Shown here one piece after another: positions 49,513 through 57,802 of a stretch of DNA of 57,802 nucleotides (position 1 is the first letter of the stretch; each line of letters begins with the position of its first letter). Source of the stretch: Minisyncoccia bacterium (lineage in GTDB: Bacteria; Patescibacteriota; Minisyncoccia; Phycocordibacterales; UBA1006); contig JBGATS010000009.1 in assembly GCA_044229075.1 (NCBI GenBank), positions 1 to 57,802 on the forward strand, given 5' to 3'. Under the pieces are notes generated by a model. The model did no database searches. It saw only the letters and a list, made by a program, of their open reading frames with translations, and was not told the DNA's origin. Made by a program: the position numbers and the translations under genes.

Positions 49513-49527
49513 ACTTGTTAATATTAT

Positions 49528-49629
49528 TTATAAAACATGAATACCAACAATCAATCCTAAAATTGCAATGATTACAATAATAAGTTCTGTCACCCATTGG
49601 TATTTTCTTAGAAAAGTAAATATATTCAT
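49528..49629 (-). CDS. Possible 33-aa single-TM peptide
   Basis: MNIFTFLRKYQWVTELIIVIIAILGLIVGIHVL fills the gap between metG and the thioesterase, starting 2 nt after the metG stop. Confidence 0.4.
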   Translation of the reverse strand: MNIFTFLRKYQWVTELIIVIIAILGLIVGIHVL

Positions 49630-49631
49630 AA

Positions 49632-51077
49632 TTATTTCCTTCCAAACAATGGCTCACTTGGTTTTTCTCGTTTGATAATCAATTCTTTCATCTTTTCTGC
49701 TGTACTTGGCATAATCGGTTGAAGCAATACTGCCACACGTGCAAGACCTGTAATTACGTGGTGAACATCTGCACGTGCCTTGTCTGGATCAACTTTGAAT
49801 GTCTTGAATGGTTCTGTATCAGTAATATATTTATCCAAGTCTGCAATTTCTGACCAAATTGAAGCAGTAACTTCTGCGTAATCAAAACGCTCGTATGCAG
49901 GATGTGCGATATCTGCAAAAACTGGGAATTGAAGATCTGAAATATCGACATCATATGACTGTGCCATAGTCAGTGTTCTTGATACCAAGTTTCCCAGTCC
50001 GTTTACCAGATTTGCATTATACGCAGCCGCAAATCGCTCAATCGTAAATGGAGAATCCTCGAACATGGAAACTTCTTTACAAACGAATAATCGAAATGCG
50101 TCAGTTCCATATTCATTAACAATACTATATGGATTCACCACGTTCCCAATTGATTTTGACATTTTAATTCCGCCTTCCCCTGTAAAAAATCCATTAATAA
50201 TTATCTGATGTGAATTGGGAAGTCCGGCAGCTATTAGCATTGCCTGCCACATTGCAGACTGTTGTCGCAGATTATCCTTTCCACAATATTGTGTTGGTGT
50301 TCCCTTAACCCAGAATTTATCAAATTGTGCAGAATCTTCTGGCCAACCGAGCGTTGAAACATAATTTGCAAGTGCATCAAACCATACATACATCACCTGA
50401 TCATCATCACCTGGAACAGGAATTCCCCATGACATTTTTGATTTCAAACGCGAAATCGAAAAGTCTTCCAAGCCTCGTTCAATAAACGCTTTAATTTCGT
50501 TAAAACGAAAATCAGGTATTACAAACTGTGGGTTTTTTTCATATAAATCCAAGAGTGGTTGCTGAAACGCAGAAAACTTGAAAAAATAATTTTCTTCATC
50601 AATTAATTGCAATTCATACGTTGGATGAATAGGACATTTCCCATCCACCAGTTCTGAATCTGTTTTTTCAAGTTCACATCCAACACAGTATTTTACCTGA
50701 TACTGTTTTTTATAAATATATCCGTTTTGATCAACTCGTTTCCAAAATTCCTGTGCTGCAGATTCATGATGAGTATCGGTCGTTCGAATATAACGAACAT
50801 CTGATGAAATATCCAGAAGATTTGAAAGACCTTTGAATTCTTTTGCAAATCTGTCTACGTATGATTTCACATCTTCTCCTGCCTTTTTTGCATCATCTAA
50901 TAGTTTTTGACCATGTTCATCGGTTCCTGTGTTGAAAAAGACTTCATGTCCAGTAAGGGTTTTGTACCGAGCCAATACATCAGCGCGCACTAATTCCATA
51001 CCAAAACCAACGTGTGGATCAGCATTCACGTAGGGCAAGGTAGTTGTTATATAAAAAGGTTTTTTTTCTGTATTCAT
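49632..51077 (-). CDS. metG: Methionine--tRNA ligase
   Basis: YITTTLPYVN.DPHVG, TGTDEHG, YVWFDAL, KMSKS. Start placed at MNTEK. Confidence 0.97.
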   Translation of the reverse strand: MNTEKKPFYITTTLPYVNADPHVGFGMELVRADVLARYKTLTGHEVFFNTGTDEHGQKLLDDAKKAGEDVKSYVDRFAKEFKGLSNLLDISSDVRYIRTTDTHHESAAQEFWKRVDQNGYIYKKQYQVKYCVGCELEKTDSELVDGKCPIHPTYELQLIDEENYFFKFSAFQQPLLDLYEKNPQFVIPDFRFNEIKAFIERGLEDFSISRLKSKMSWGIPVPGDDDQVMYVWFDALANYVSTLGWPEDSAQFDKFWVKGTPTQYCGKDNLRQQSAMWQAMLIAAGLPNSHQIIINGFFTGEGGIKMSKSIGNVVNPYSIVNEYGTDAFRLFVCKEVSMFEDSPFTIERFAAAYNANLVNGLGNLVSRTLTMAQSYDVDISDLQFPVFADIAHPAYERFDYAEVTASIWSEIADLDKYITDTEPFKTFKVDPDKARADVHHVITGLARVAVLLQPIMPSTAEKMKELIIKREKPSEPLFGRK

Positions 51078-51177
51078 ATCTACACTGTAGCGCAAAAATG
51101 ATGAAAACAAAAGAATTGCAAAATATTTGACAAAAATAGCAAGAATAGTAAACTTGAGGTAACTAAAATTTAACAAT

Positions 51178-51705
51178 ATGAAAACAATATCAATTGATGT
51201 TTATCAGCAAATTATTTGGGTCGTCCTTGAAACATTTGAAAAAGAACAAGTACCATTTAATTTTATACCCTCGATAGTATACTCTTCCGAGGAAGAACAA
51301 AAAAAAGCATTTCGTGGAGATCATTATGATTCAGCCAGAATTATTTTATCTTGGTATCATAATCAATTTCGCGAAAATGAAATAATACACCGCAAAAGCT
51401 TATGGGGTTTTGCAAAAAAATTGCAAACCTATTTAGCAAATACTGTTGAAACTAGATGGGAAGCAATCAAATGGGAAGGTAATTTTGATATTTCAAAACA
51501 AAAAAAGTTCACCTACCCTGAAAATCCATTTTCCACCATTGAACAATTTCCTGGGATTACCAAGGAAATGATTTTAACCGAACAAAAACTACGAGAAAAA
51601 AGAAGATCGATTCCAGAAAAAGGAATACGTACTGGTATTTTTATGAATACAGCAGAACGAGATTCTGATGATATTTATAAAAAATATACAGCGAAAACTC
51701 TTTAA
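51178..51705 (+). CDS. Hypothetical protein
   Basis: 175 aa ORF preceded by TTGACA-16-TAAACT (51127-51154). Confidence 0.65.
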   Translation: MKTISIDVYQQIIWVVLETFEKEQVPFNFIPSIVYSSEEEQKKAFRGDHYDSARIILSWYHNQFRENEIIHRKSLWGFAKKLQTYLANTVETRWEAIKWEGNFDISKQKKFTYPENPFSTIEQFPGITKEMILTEQKLREKRRSIPEKGIRTGIFMNTAERDSDDIYKKYTAKTL

Positions 51706-51771
51706 GATTCACGTCGGAAATTATTATTTCCGACATTTTTATTACAAAAAACAACCCTTTCAGGTTATTTT

Positions 51772-52536
51772 TTATTTCATCGCAAGAACTGCATCAGCGT
51801 CAATGACTGCAATCGTATCCATAGTTCCGGTTACTAGTTTCTTGTAATTCGGACGGATATGTGCAGGGTTGTATGCATCGAGGATTCCTGAAAGAGTTTT
51901 TCCTTGGTAGTGTGTTGCGGTTCTGGGGTTATGACCTCCCAGGTTTTTAGAAATGACGTCAATTGATTCTTCATAACTCGAAAAATCAATTTTACATGAT
52001 CCCCACCCGAACGCACTATAGGAAACTGACTTACACGCATGTTTACCTCCTGTGGATTCAATGAATCCAATTGCGGCAACCAGTCTCCAGTCGATTCCGT
52101 ATTGATCAGCAGCTTCTACCATTGCACGTCCATGTCCTGCCAATGGCAGGTCACCTTTTGCAATATAGAACGCATCGATCTTTGCGGCTCGTTCTGAAAC
52201 GGTTAGTCCGTCAACAACTTTTTCAAGGGGAGAAATAGTTGTTTCAGTTGTTGAGGTTTCAGTACTTTGTGATACTGGTGCCTCTGCGCGTGTTGTGTGT
52301 GCCCAAAATGAAACCATGGTCATTACTGCAATCATAATCACCGCAGTACTGTGGTTCATCCCTTTAAATAATCTAGCAAAAAAATTATGAATAAAAATTT
52401 GGGCACTCCACACTGAATTGTATATATATTTCGGCATAATCGACGGTATGTGCTCCGTCAAACTCCATGACTGATAACTTTTATCCTCAGAAAATAATCT
52501 CTGATAATAAAAAGACCCGAAATTGGGTATGCCCAT
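51772..52536 (-). CDS. Exported lysozyme-fold protein (glucosaminidase/lytic transglycosylase-like)
   Basis: TM/signal, S/T-rich linker, AADQYGIDWRLVAAIGFIESTGG, FGWG, YNP. Start uncertain. Confidence 0.75.
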   Translation of the reverse strand: MGIPNFGSFYYQRLFSEDKSYQSWSLTEHIPSIMPKYIYNSVWSAQIFIHNFFARLFKGMNHSTAVIMIAVMTMVSFWAHTTRAEAPVSQSTETSTTETTISPLEKVVDGLTVSERAAKIDAFYIAKGDLPLAGHGRAMVEAADQYGIDWRLVAAIGFIESTGGKHACKSVSYSAFGWGSCKIDFSSYEESIDVISKNLGGHNPRTATHYQGKTLSGILDAYNPAHIRPNYKKLVTGTMDTIAVIDADAVLAMK

Positions 52537-52651
52537 AGGGTAGCATAAAGGAATATTGATGTCAATAGATTTTTATGGTATAATCTCTATATTGTTATAA
52601 TAGCTTTATTTTACAGCCTTTTTTTATCCACACCTGTATTTTCAATTATCT

Positions 52652-52882
52652 ATGAACCGTCTTATTCGTGTAAAAACCTTCCCTGATGCAAAGAAGTTTC
52701 ACCTTGAGGAAGTTGAGCCATTTGTGCTCCGAATTTTTGTGCGCGAACCTGCAAAAAATAACCTCGCGAACAAAAAAGTCCTCGAATCTGTCGCAGATTT
52801 CTACTCGATCCCCAGAAACAAGCTCCGTATGGTGACCGGGCATCGAGGACAACAAAAAACTATTGAGGTTTTGCCAGAATAA
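52652..52882 (+). CDS. DUF167 (YggU) family protein
   Basis: VK..P.AK, V.EPA..N.AN, G.R...K.IEV. Confidence 0.85.
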   Translation: MNRLIRVKTFPDAKKFHLEEVEPFVLRIFVREPAKNNLANKKVLESVADFYSIPRNKLRMVTGHRGQQKTIEVLPE

Positions 52883-52937
52883 TACAAAAAAAATGGGGGG
52901 GGGCCTGCGGCGCCCCCCCCTTTTTTTTGTATTATTC
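52877..52937. repeat. GC-rich palindrome with homopolymer arms
   Basis: GAATAATAC-A8-T-G9-CC-TGC-GGCG-C8-T8-GTATTATTC between convergent genes. Confidence 0.7.
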
Positions 52938-52942
52938 GCTCC

Positions 52943-53524
52943 CTATCCCAAAAATCGCTCCGTCGCATTTCCCCAGCTCACCTGATCTAGGAAATCTATC
53001 ACGTGTTGTTTCTTCCCAGATGGTTGGTAATCAGCAACATAGGAATGTTCCCACATATCAATACCAAGAATGTATCGAGTACTATTAAGTTGGCCAAAAT
53101 GTTGCTCATCCACCCACCCATTCTGCAAAATTCCTGTTTCTGGGTCATATGACAAGACTGCCCACCCAATTCCGCGTGTCATGGCAATTTTCTCGAATTC
53201 TGCACGCCATCCTTCAACACTTCCCCATGTTTCGATGATCTTCTTCCCAAGTTCTGAATCGCTATTCAGTGGAACATATTCCTCGCACAAATCTGCAAAA
53301 TAATACTCGTGGTTTTTGATTCCATTGTATTCAAACGAACGACGACGATTCAATTCGGTAATGATATATTGTGCGTCAGGTTCATTCACATATTTCCCCA
53401 TCAAATCTGTTGCCAGATTATAATGCTTTACATAGCCATTATACAGCCCGACATGCTCGGAAAGGCTTTTTTCTGAAATTCCTTTCAGGGTTCGAAATGA
53501 GAATATTTTTGGTGTGTAGGTCAT
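52943..53524 (-). CDS. sod: Fe/Mn superoxide dismutase family protein
   Basis: H..LY.GYV, NHEYYF, G.GWAVL, DMWEHSY. Confidence 0.9.
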   Translation of the reverse strand: MTYTPKIFSFRTLKGISEKSLSEHVGLYNGYVKHYNLATDLMGKYVNEPDAQYIITELNRRRSFEYNGIKNHEYYFADLCEEYVPLNSDSELGKKIIETWGSVEGWRAEFEKIAMTRGIGWAVLSYDPETGILQNGWVDEQHFGQLNSTRYILGIDMWEHSYVADYQPSGKKQHVIDFLDQVSWGNATERFLG

Positions 53525-53546
53525 ATAAATTATATAGTATCATATT

Positions 53547-53957
53547 TTATTGAATTATATCGTTTTCTCCATCAAAATATCCTTCAATTACTTCAATCTC
53601 TATAGGTGAGTCTAAAAATTCAACCGTATTGTTTTTGAAAGCTCGCTCAATCATTTCATCTGAATATATTGGATCAATGAACTGATTACATGAAATAGTA
53701 ATGTGAGGATATTTTTTGTTAGATTTATCTGTTTTTACCAAAAGAGCATCTCCTTTTTCATCAAAAACTCTCCCTATTATTTTTAAAATAGATTTTTTCC
53801 CAATTTCTATATTTTCTAAACTGTTCGGCTTAAAAGCAATAGTTAAATGGTGCGCAAATATTTTTGTATGTTTTGGAGGAAAAATATGTAATAACTTTTC
53901 AGGATACATAACAAAATATGCAGTATAAATTATTTTTTTATTATAAACATAGTTCAT
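53547..53957 (-). CDS. 2H-phosphoesterase-like protein
   Basis: Two HxT motifs (HHLTI, PHITI). Start placed at MNYVY. Confidence 0.65.
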   Translation of the reverse strand: MNYVYNKKIIYTAYFVMYPEKLLHIFPPKHTKIFAHHLTIAFKPNSLENIEIGKKSILKIIGRVFDEKGDALLVKTDKSNKKYPHITISCNQFIDPIYSDEMIERAFKNNTVEFLDSPIEIEVIEGYFDGENDIIQ

Positions 53958-53958
53958 A

Positions 53959-54396
53959 TTATTCAATCGGATGCAAATGCGCTGCAATTCCCATTGCTGC
54001 TGCAATAATTACCAAGTTTTTTATAATGTACTGACCTACCAATGTCGGTACTAAAAATCCTAACCAAGATTCAGACGGTAATAATACCAATGGTCCAAAC
54101 GTCGTAATCATATGGATCAATAAAAGCGGCATCACGACGCGTGTCATTCGTGGAATCAAGAATAATACCCCAATCACCACTTCGAACCATGCAAAAAATG
54201 TATAAAAACTTGCAAATGATACGAAATGAATCGATGACTCAAAGAGGTTGTGAACCAACGCCCCTGCAGGCGAAAGACCGAGAACTTTTAACATCCCGAA
54301 CCAGATGAATACCACCGCAATAGCAAAACGCGCAGTAGTAATCCAATGTTTTTGAAAAAATCGAATAATATGGAGATCAATATTTTTTATGTTCAT
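53959..54396 (-). CDS. DoxX/DUF417-like membrane protein
   Basis: R..IAVVFIWFG.LK, EVVIG, GQYIIKN. Confidence 0.8.
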   Translation of the reverse strand: MNIKNIDLHIIRFFQKHWITTARFAIAVVFIWFGMLKVLGLSPAGALVHNLFESSIHFVSFASFYTFFAWFEVVIGVLFLIPRMTRVVMPLLLIHMITTFGPLVLLPSESWLGFLVPTLVGQYIIKNLVIIAAAMGIAAHLHPIE

Positions 54397-54451
54397 ATGC
54401 TGTTATTATATACCTTGATTAAAAATGTTGCAAAAATTCACTCTTAAAAAT

Positions 54452-54970
54452 TTATATTTTTCTACTATCATATGCCCAATGCAGTACTGCCTGACGTTGA
54501 CGCGCCCTGCAAAACATATCACCTGGACGACAATTATTTGAAATCTGAATAATATGCCGACGGATTGCGCGCCAACGTTTAATCTGGCGAGCATCCTCGA
54601 CAGGGATTCTGCGCCCCATATAATATCTACAATACCATTGGAACCATCCGCGTGGATCTTCATGATAAACCCATCCCTTTTTCCGCCAAACAGCCAGCGA
54701 TTGTGAAGCATTCACACCGAAACAATTCAATTCTGCAAGATGTTTCTTGGTAGTGCTTGGTGCAAGCTTAGCATTTTTAAACCAAGACTTTGGAAATTCA
54801 TTAGCACAATCGCGCATATACACACCACCAAACACCCCAAGCTCGAGCATTTCTGCAGGCGTTAATTGAGGCTTAAATTCTGGATCAAAATTTTTACCCA
54901 TCGGTTCAACTAATTCATAAGAATAATTCTTTTGCATTCGATCATTCACCATAATATGCTTTGTTTTCAT
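54452..54970 (-). CDS. Conserved hypothetical protein
   Basis: F.PQLTP.EML.LGVFGG.Y, DPRGWFQWYCRYY.GRR, RQAVLHWA; function unknown. Confidence 0.8.
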   Translation of the reverse strand: MKTKHIMVNDRMQKNYSYELVEPMGKNFDPEFKPQLTPAEMLELGVFGGVYMRDCANEFPKSWFKNAKLAPSTTKKHLAELNCFGVNASQSLAVWRKKGWVYHEDPRGWFQWYCRYYMGRRIPVEDARQIKRWRAIRRHIIQISNNCRPGDMFCRARQRQAVLHWAYDSRKI

Positions 54971-54995
54971 AGGAGTAGTATATCAAAAAAACGCA

Positions 54996-55367
54996 TTATG
55001 CGTTTTTTTGATACTGTTCTGCAAGTAATAGAAAAACTCCACCGACAATTGCAATATCTCGTGCAAGAATATTTCCTGATACGCTAATCAATACTGCACA
55101 AAGTGTTCCAATAAGGATAATGATTGGCCATTTCCCACCAATAGTACCCATAACCAGAATTGCACATATACTCATAATCACCCCGTGGATAACAACAAGC
55201 ACTGACGCAGGAACAAGCAAAAGCCACGCTGGCACCATTGCTGCAAACAATGCTGGGTGAATAATTCCCTCGATACCAAAATAAAAAATCACGCCGAGTA
55301 ATAATATCTTTCCAACCCAATAAAAAACCGATTGTGTTGAATTCATATTATTGTGTAAGTGTTCCAA
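54996..55367 (-). CDS. DoxX-like small membrane protein
   Basis: Four hydrophobic segments and an RDI motif; start probably 55346. Confidence 0.65.
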   Translation of the reverse strand: MEHLHNNMNSTQSVFYWVGKILLLGVIFYFGIEGIIHPALFAAMVPAWLLLVPASVLVVIHGVIMSICAILVMGTIGGKWPIIILIGTLCAVLISVSGNILARDIAIVGGVFLLLAEQYQKNA

Positions 55368-55788
55368 CTTCGAATCCTAGAAGAATTTTTTCTGGTCGAG
55401 ACTCACCTCCATGTTCTCCATCAAAAGCTGCACTTCCATCCTTTCCGCAAATAGAGAGAATTGCACGATCGCCGCCTGGATGTTTATTAATCCATGCAGT
55501 TAAATCATACACCTTTCCATTGATAGCACTATAACAATCCGCCTCGGTGTTGTGTGTGGCCACCTGTGTCAACGTAAATACTTTTTCAGAACTTGTTTGT
55601 GTTGTTGCAGTATTGGTACTTTCCGGTGGAGTGTTCTGAGAAACACCTTGTTCTGAATTTACTTGATTGACTACATTTTCTACTACCGATTCTTGAGCCT
55701 GTGTTAATTGGCGATTGTTTTTCTTGATACTGATAATACCAAAAACAATAATCGCAAGAATAATGAGAGCAATAATAATTTTTTTCAT
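55348..55788 (-). CDS. Membrane-anchored cytochrome b5-like heme-binding protein
   Basis: VATHNT..DCY..INGKVYDLT.W...HPGG, GKDG...F...H. Start placed at MKKII. Confidence 0.92.
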   Translation of the reverse strand: MKKIIIALIILAIIVFGIISIKKNNRQLTQAQESVVENVVNQVNSEQGVSQNTPPESTNTATTQTSSEKVFTLTQVATHNTEADCYSAINGKVYDLTAWINKHPGGDRAILSICGKDGSAAFDGEHGGESRPEKILLGFEVGTLTQ

Positions 55789-55908
55789 AATAAAATAAAT
55801 AATAAAAAGAGAATAATGACCTGGTATCATGGTTCGGTCGTCACCAAAATCATCGATACACCTATCCAGTATACTCTAACCACTAATTTCTGTGAAGAGA
55901 GTTCTTAT

Positions 55909-55951
55909 TACAAAAAGCGGGGGCGGCCTACGGCCGCCCCCGCTTTTTGTA
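55909..55951. repeat. GC-rich palindrome (dispersed family)
   Basis: 20-bp perfect arms TACAAAAAGCGGGGGCGGCC with TAC loop. Confidence 0.85.
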
Positions 55952-55958
55952 GTATGTA

Positions 55959-56834
55959 CTACCTCCCCAACCGCGTTTTCCATGTTGGGTTGAGTAATGA
56001 ATCCAGTTCATCAAAAGTAAACGAAACTTCTGGCTGACCAGCCGCATAGGGTGCAACTGCGTAACTTTGGAATTTTATTATCAATCCTGTATCGGTTGGC
56101 ATCACTACCCCAAACAACGACGCAGGATCACGTACTCCATCCTCTATCATTGCATCATTCGCCATATCTCCTAATACTTCTTGTAATTTTTTTATTACGA
56201 GACCTCTTATTTGGTCAATTTTTGTCTGGTCAAAAATATCACTACCGGTAACCGCTGTATGCTCTTGTGTATCATATATACTATTATGAAGGTTTCCCAT
56301 CCCGTGGGCACCTCCCGTGAACATATATTGGTTCGAGAAATAATTGATAACCTTCCACGGAGCTACCGGAATTTGTTTTGTTGCTAAAGTGTAACTATAT
56401 CGAGCAGTTACTGTATCAGAACCGATAAATCCAAGCATTTTCTGATCCTCCGGAGAAATAGCTGTATCGTTGTATGATTGTTCAAAATCACAGAGGTCAC
56501 CACTAATCACTGCCGCGAGATCCTCTGCAATACTATTGGGAACCTGTGCACCATTTTCAATACCGATATCATATTCGGCAAATTTTGTTACCTTGTTCGA
56601 TACCAATGCCCCTGATTGTGGATCAAGGGTAATTCCCACTGCTTCATGGCATGGAATAAGTGAGTACAAGGAAACAAGTGGTTGCCCCTCTTGATTGTTG
56701 GTAGTAGTAAGCAGGGTTTCTGTTGACACTACTTGTCGTGTTCGTAACACGATAATACCAGCAACAACTACCAATATGCTGATGAGGATAATAATGCGAG
56801 TTTTTTGGTTGAGTGATTTCATAATAAAATACAT
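55959..56834 (-). CDS. RsiV/DUF3298-family exported protein
   Basis: N-terminal TM, YMFTGGAHG, F.SYAVAPYAAGQPEV. Confidence 0.85.
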   Translation of the reverse strand: MYFIMKSLNQKTRIIILISILVVVAGIIVLRTRQVVSTETLLTTTNNQEGQPLVSLYSLIPCHEAVGITLDPQSGALVSNKVTKFAEYDIGIENGAQVPNSIAEDLAAVISGDLCDFEQSYNDTAISPEDQKMLGFIGSDTVTARYSYTLATKQIPVAPWKVINYFSNQYMFTGGAHGMGNLHNSIYDTQEHTAVTGSDIFDQTKIDQIRGLVIKKLQEVLGDMANDAMIEDGVRDPASLFGVVMPTDTGLIIKFQSYAVAPYAAGQPEVSFTFDELDSLLNPTWKTRLGR

Positions 56835-57097
56835 TAATTACGGATACCATCAATATTTTGATATTCTTTTGGTTTCTCGGTATTTATTTGTGTATTAATT
56901 TTTGATGGTGATAAATCTGTCCTTGATTCACCTAGTAGTTTTTGATCTTTTTCATCGACTAATGGATCGGGTATGCCGTTTCCAATGACCGATGCCCCAC
57001 TGCGCCCCTTGGTAAAATCAATCTGATCTGCAATAACAAGCCCAATGATTCCGAGAAATAGAATCCCGAGGAAAAATATAATTCGTTTTGTGGTCAT
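56834..57097 (-). CDS. Small single-TM hypothetical protein
   Basis: 87 aa, N-terminal TM; stop overlaps the next start. Confidence 0.6.
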   Translation of the reverse strand: MTTKRIIFFLGILFLGIIGLVIADQIDFTKGRSGASVIGNGIPDPLVDEKDQKLLGESRTDLSPSKINTQINTEKPKEYQNIDGIRN

Positions 57098-57112
57098 AGA
57101 TGTTTCGTTGTA

Positions 57113-57802
57113 CTATTTCCCATCAACAGACCAATGCCAGTTTTCTGATGGTAAATTATAAAAACCATACTTGTTCGCATTCGTCTTCATCCAATTAAAA
57201 CATACTGCTGTTGCTGGCCGCTTCCCTACATTAATAATACCATAATTCCCGCAGGTAAAATCAATGGCAAGTCCCGACTGATGCCGAGAAGATCCTGGAC
57301 GCGCCGTTGGCGGACTACACTGAGAAGATCGTTTGTTATAGATACATGATTGATTTCCTCCACATCCACAGTTTTTGTTACGTAGAAACAGTTGTTCTTC
57401 CATGGTTCTGAATCCTCCTCCTCCTAATATCACCCCAGATGATTTCGCTGCAGTAAGCATTGCGTCTAATTTTTCGGCTAATGTTTTACACACATTAATT
57501 CCTTGAACTTTTGTAATTCCTGCTGGACAACTCTTTGGTGCGGGACCAGAAAAATTACCATCAGGCGTAAAATTCACATCATCAAGTCCGTCTCCCACCT
57601 CTTCAATATCGAGATATTTTGTCTGTATCTCCGGCTCCACCACCAACAAATCAGGGTTGATAGTATTCAAGATAATAAAGATAGAGAGTAATAACAATAA
57701 TCCCAGAATAACATTACCAATCTTTTCTTTTAATTTACCAAATGTATTAATATTCTTATCATTGGAAGCATATCTAAACCCATAAATAACTAACATAATC
57801 AC
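57113..57802 (-). CDS. Pilin-like TM domain fused to M15 (D-Ala-D-Ala carboxypeptidase-like) metallopeptidase, 5'-partial
   Basis: IYGFRY...K.KI.N..LGLLLLLS...ILNTINP pilin-like segment; FRT.EEQ, ARPGSSRHQSGLAIDF, ENWHWS M15 motifs; runs off the window edge. Confidence 0.85.
   Translation of the reverse strand: MIMLVIYGFRYASNDKNINTFGKLKEKIGNVILGLLLLLSIFIILNTINPDLLVVEPEIQTKYLDIEEVGDGLDDVNFTPDGNFSGPAPKSCPAGITKVQGINVCKTLAEKLDAMLTAAKSSGVILGGGGFRTMEEQLFLRNKNCGCGGNQSCIYNKRSSQCSPPTARPGSSRHQSGLAIDFTCGNYGIINVGKRPATAVCFNWMKTNANKYGFYNLPSENWHWSVDGK

Noticed and set aside
1-57802. Alternative genetic code (UGA read as Gly)
   Set aside because: Conserved genes translate full length under the standard code, and TGA ends pyk and the DGR target at expected positions.

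Overview
This 57.8 kb window looks like chromosome from a small-genome Patescibacteria (CPR, probably Parcubacteria) bacterium. That is an inference from gene content and style; TGA is used as a stop codon. The left ~12.7 kb is an accessory island ending at a tandem tRNA-Ser pair. It holds a complete diversity-generating retroelement (DGR): target gene 2194-3099 with VR 2962-3093, TR 3464-3595, an inverted avd and an RT. All 18 TR/VR mismatches fall on TR adenines, and the avd and RT start codons abut as CAT|ATG. The island also carries a type III restriction-modification pair behind a structured switch-like leader, a large serine recombinase, and DUF2779 and DUF4238 genes. The rest is mostly housekeeping (recG, ftsH, ndk, comEC, rnhA, rpmB, mutY, mscL, thrS, gyrB, rpsF-ssb-rpsR, tatD, pyk, metG, sod) with scattered solo accessory genes. 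Non-coding highlights are rare tRNA-Ser(ACT) and tRNA-Ile(TAT) genes, a candidate 6S-like RNA, a 105-bp REP doublet inserted in frame in tatD, a family of GC-rich triloop palindromes, and a recurring near-leaderless promoter layout. All calls come from reading motifs by eye; no database search or folding program was run.
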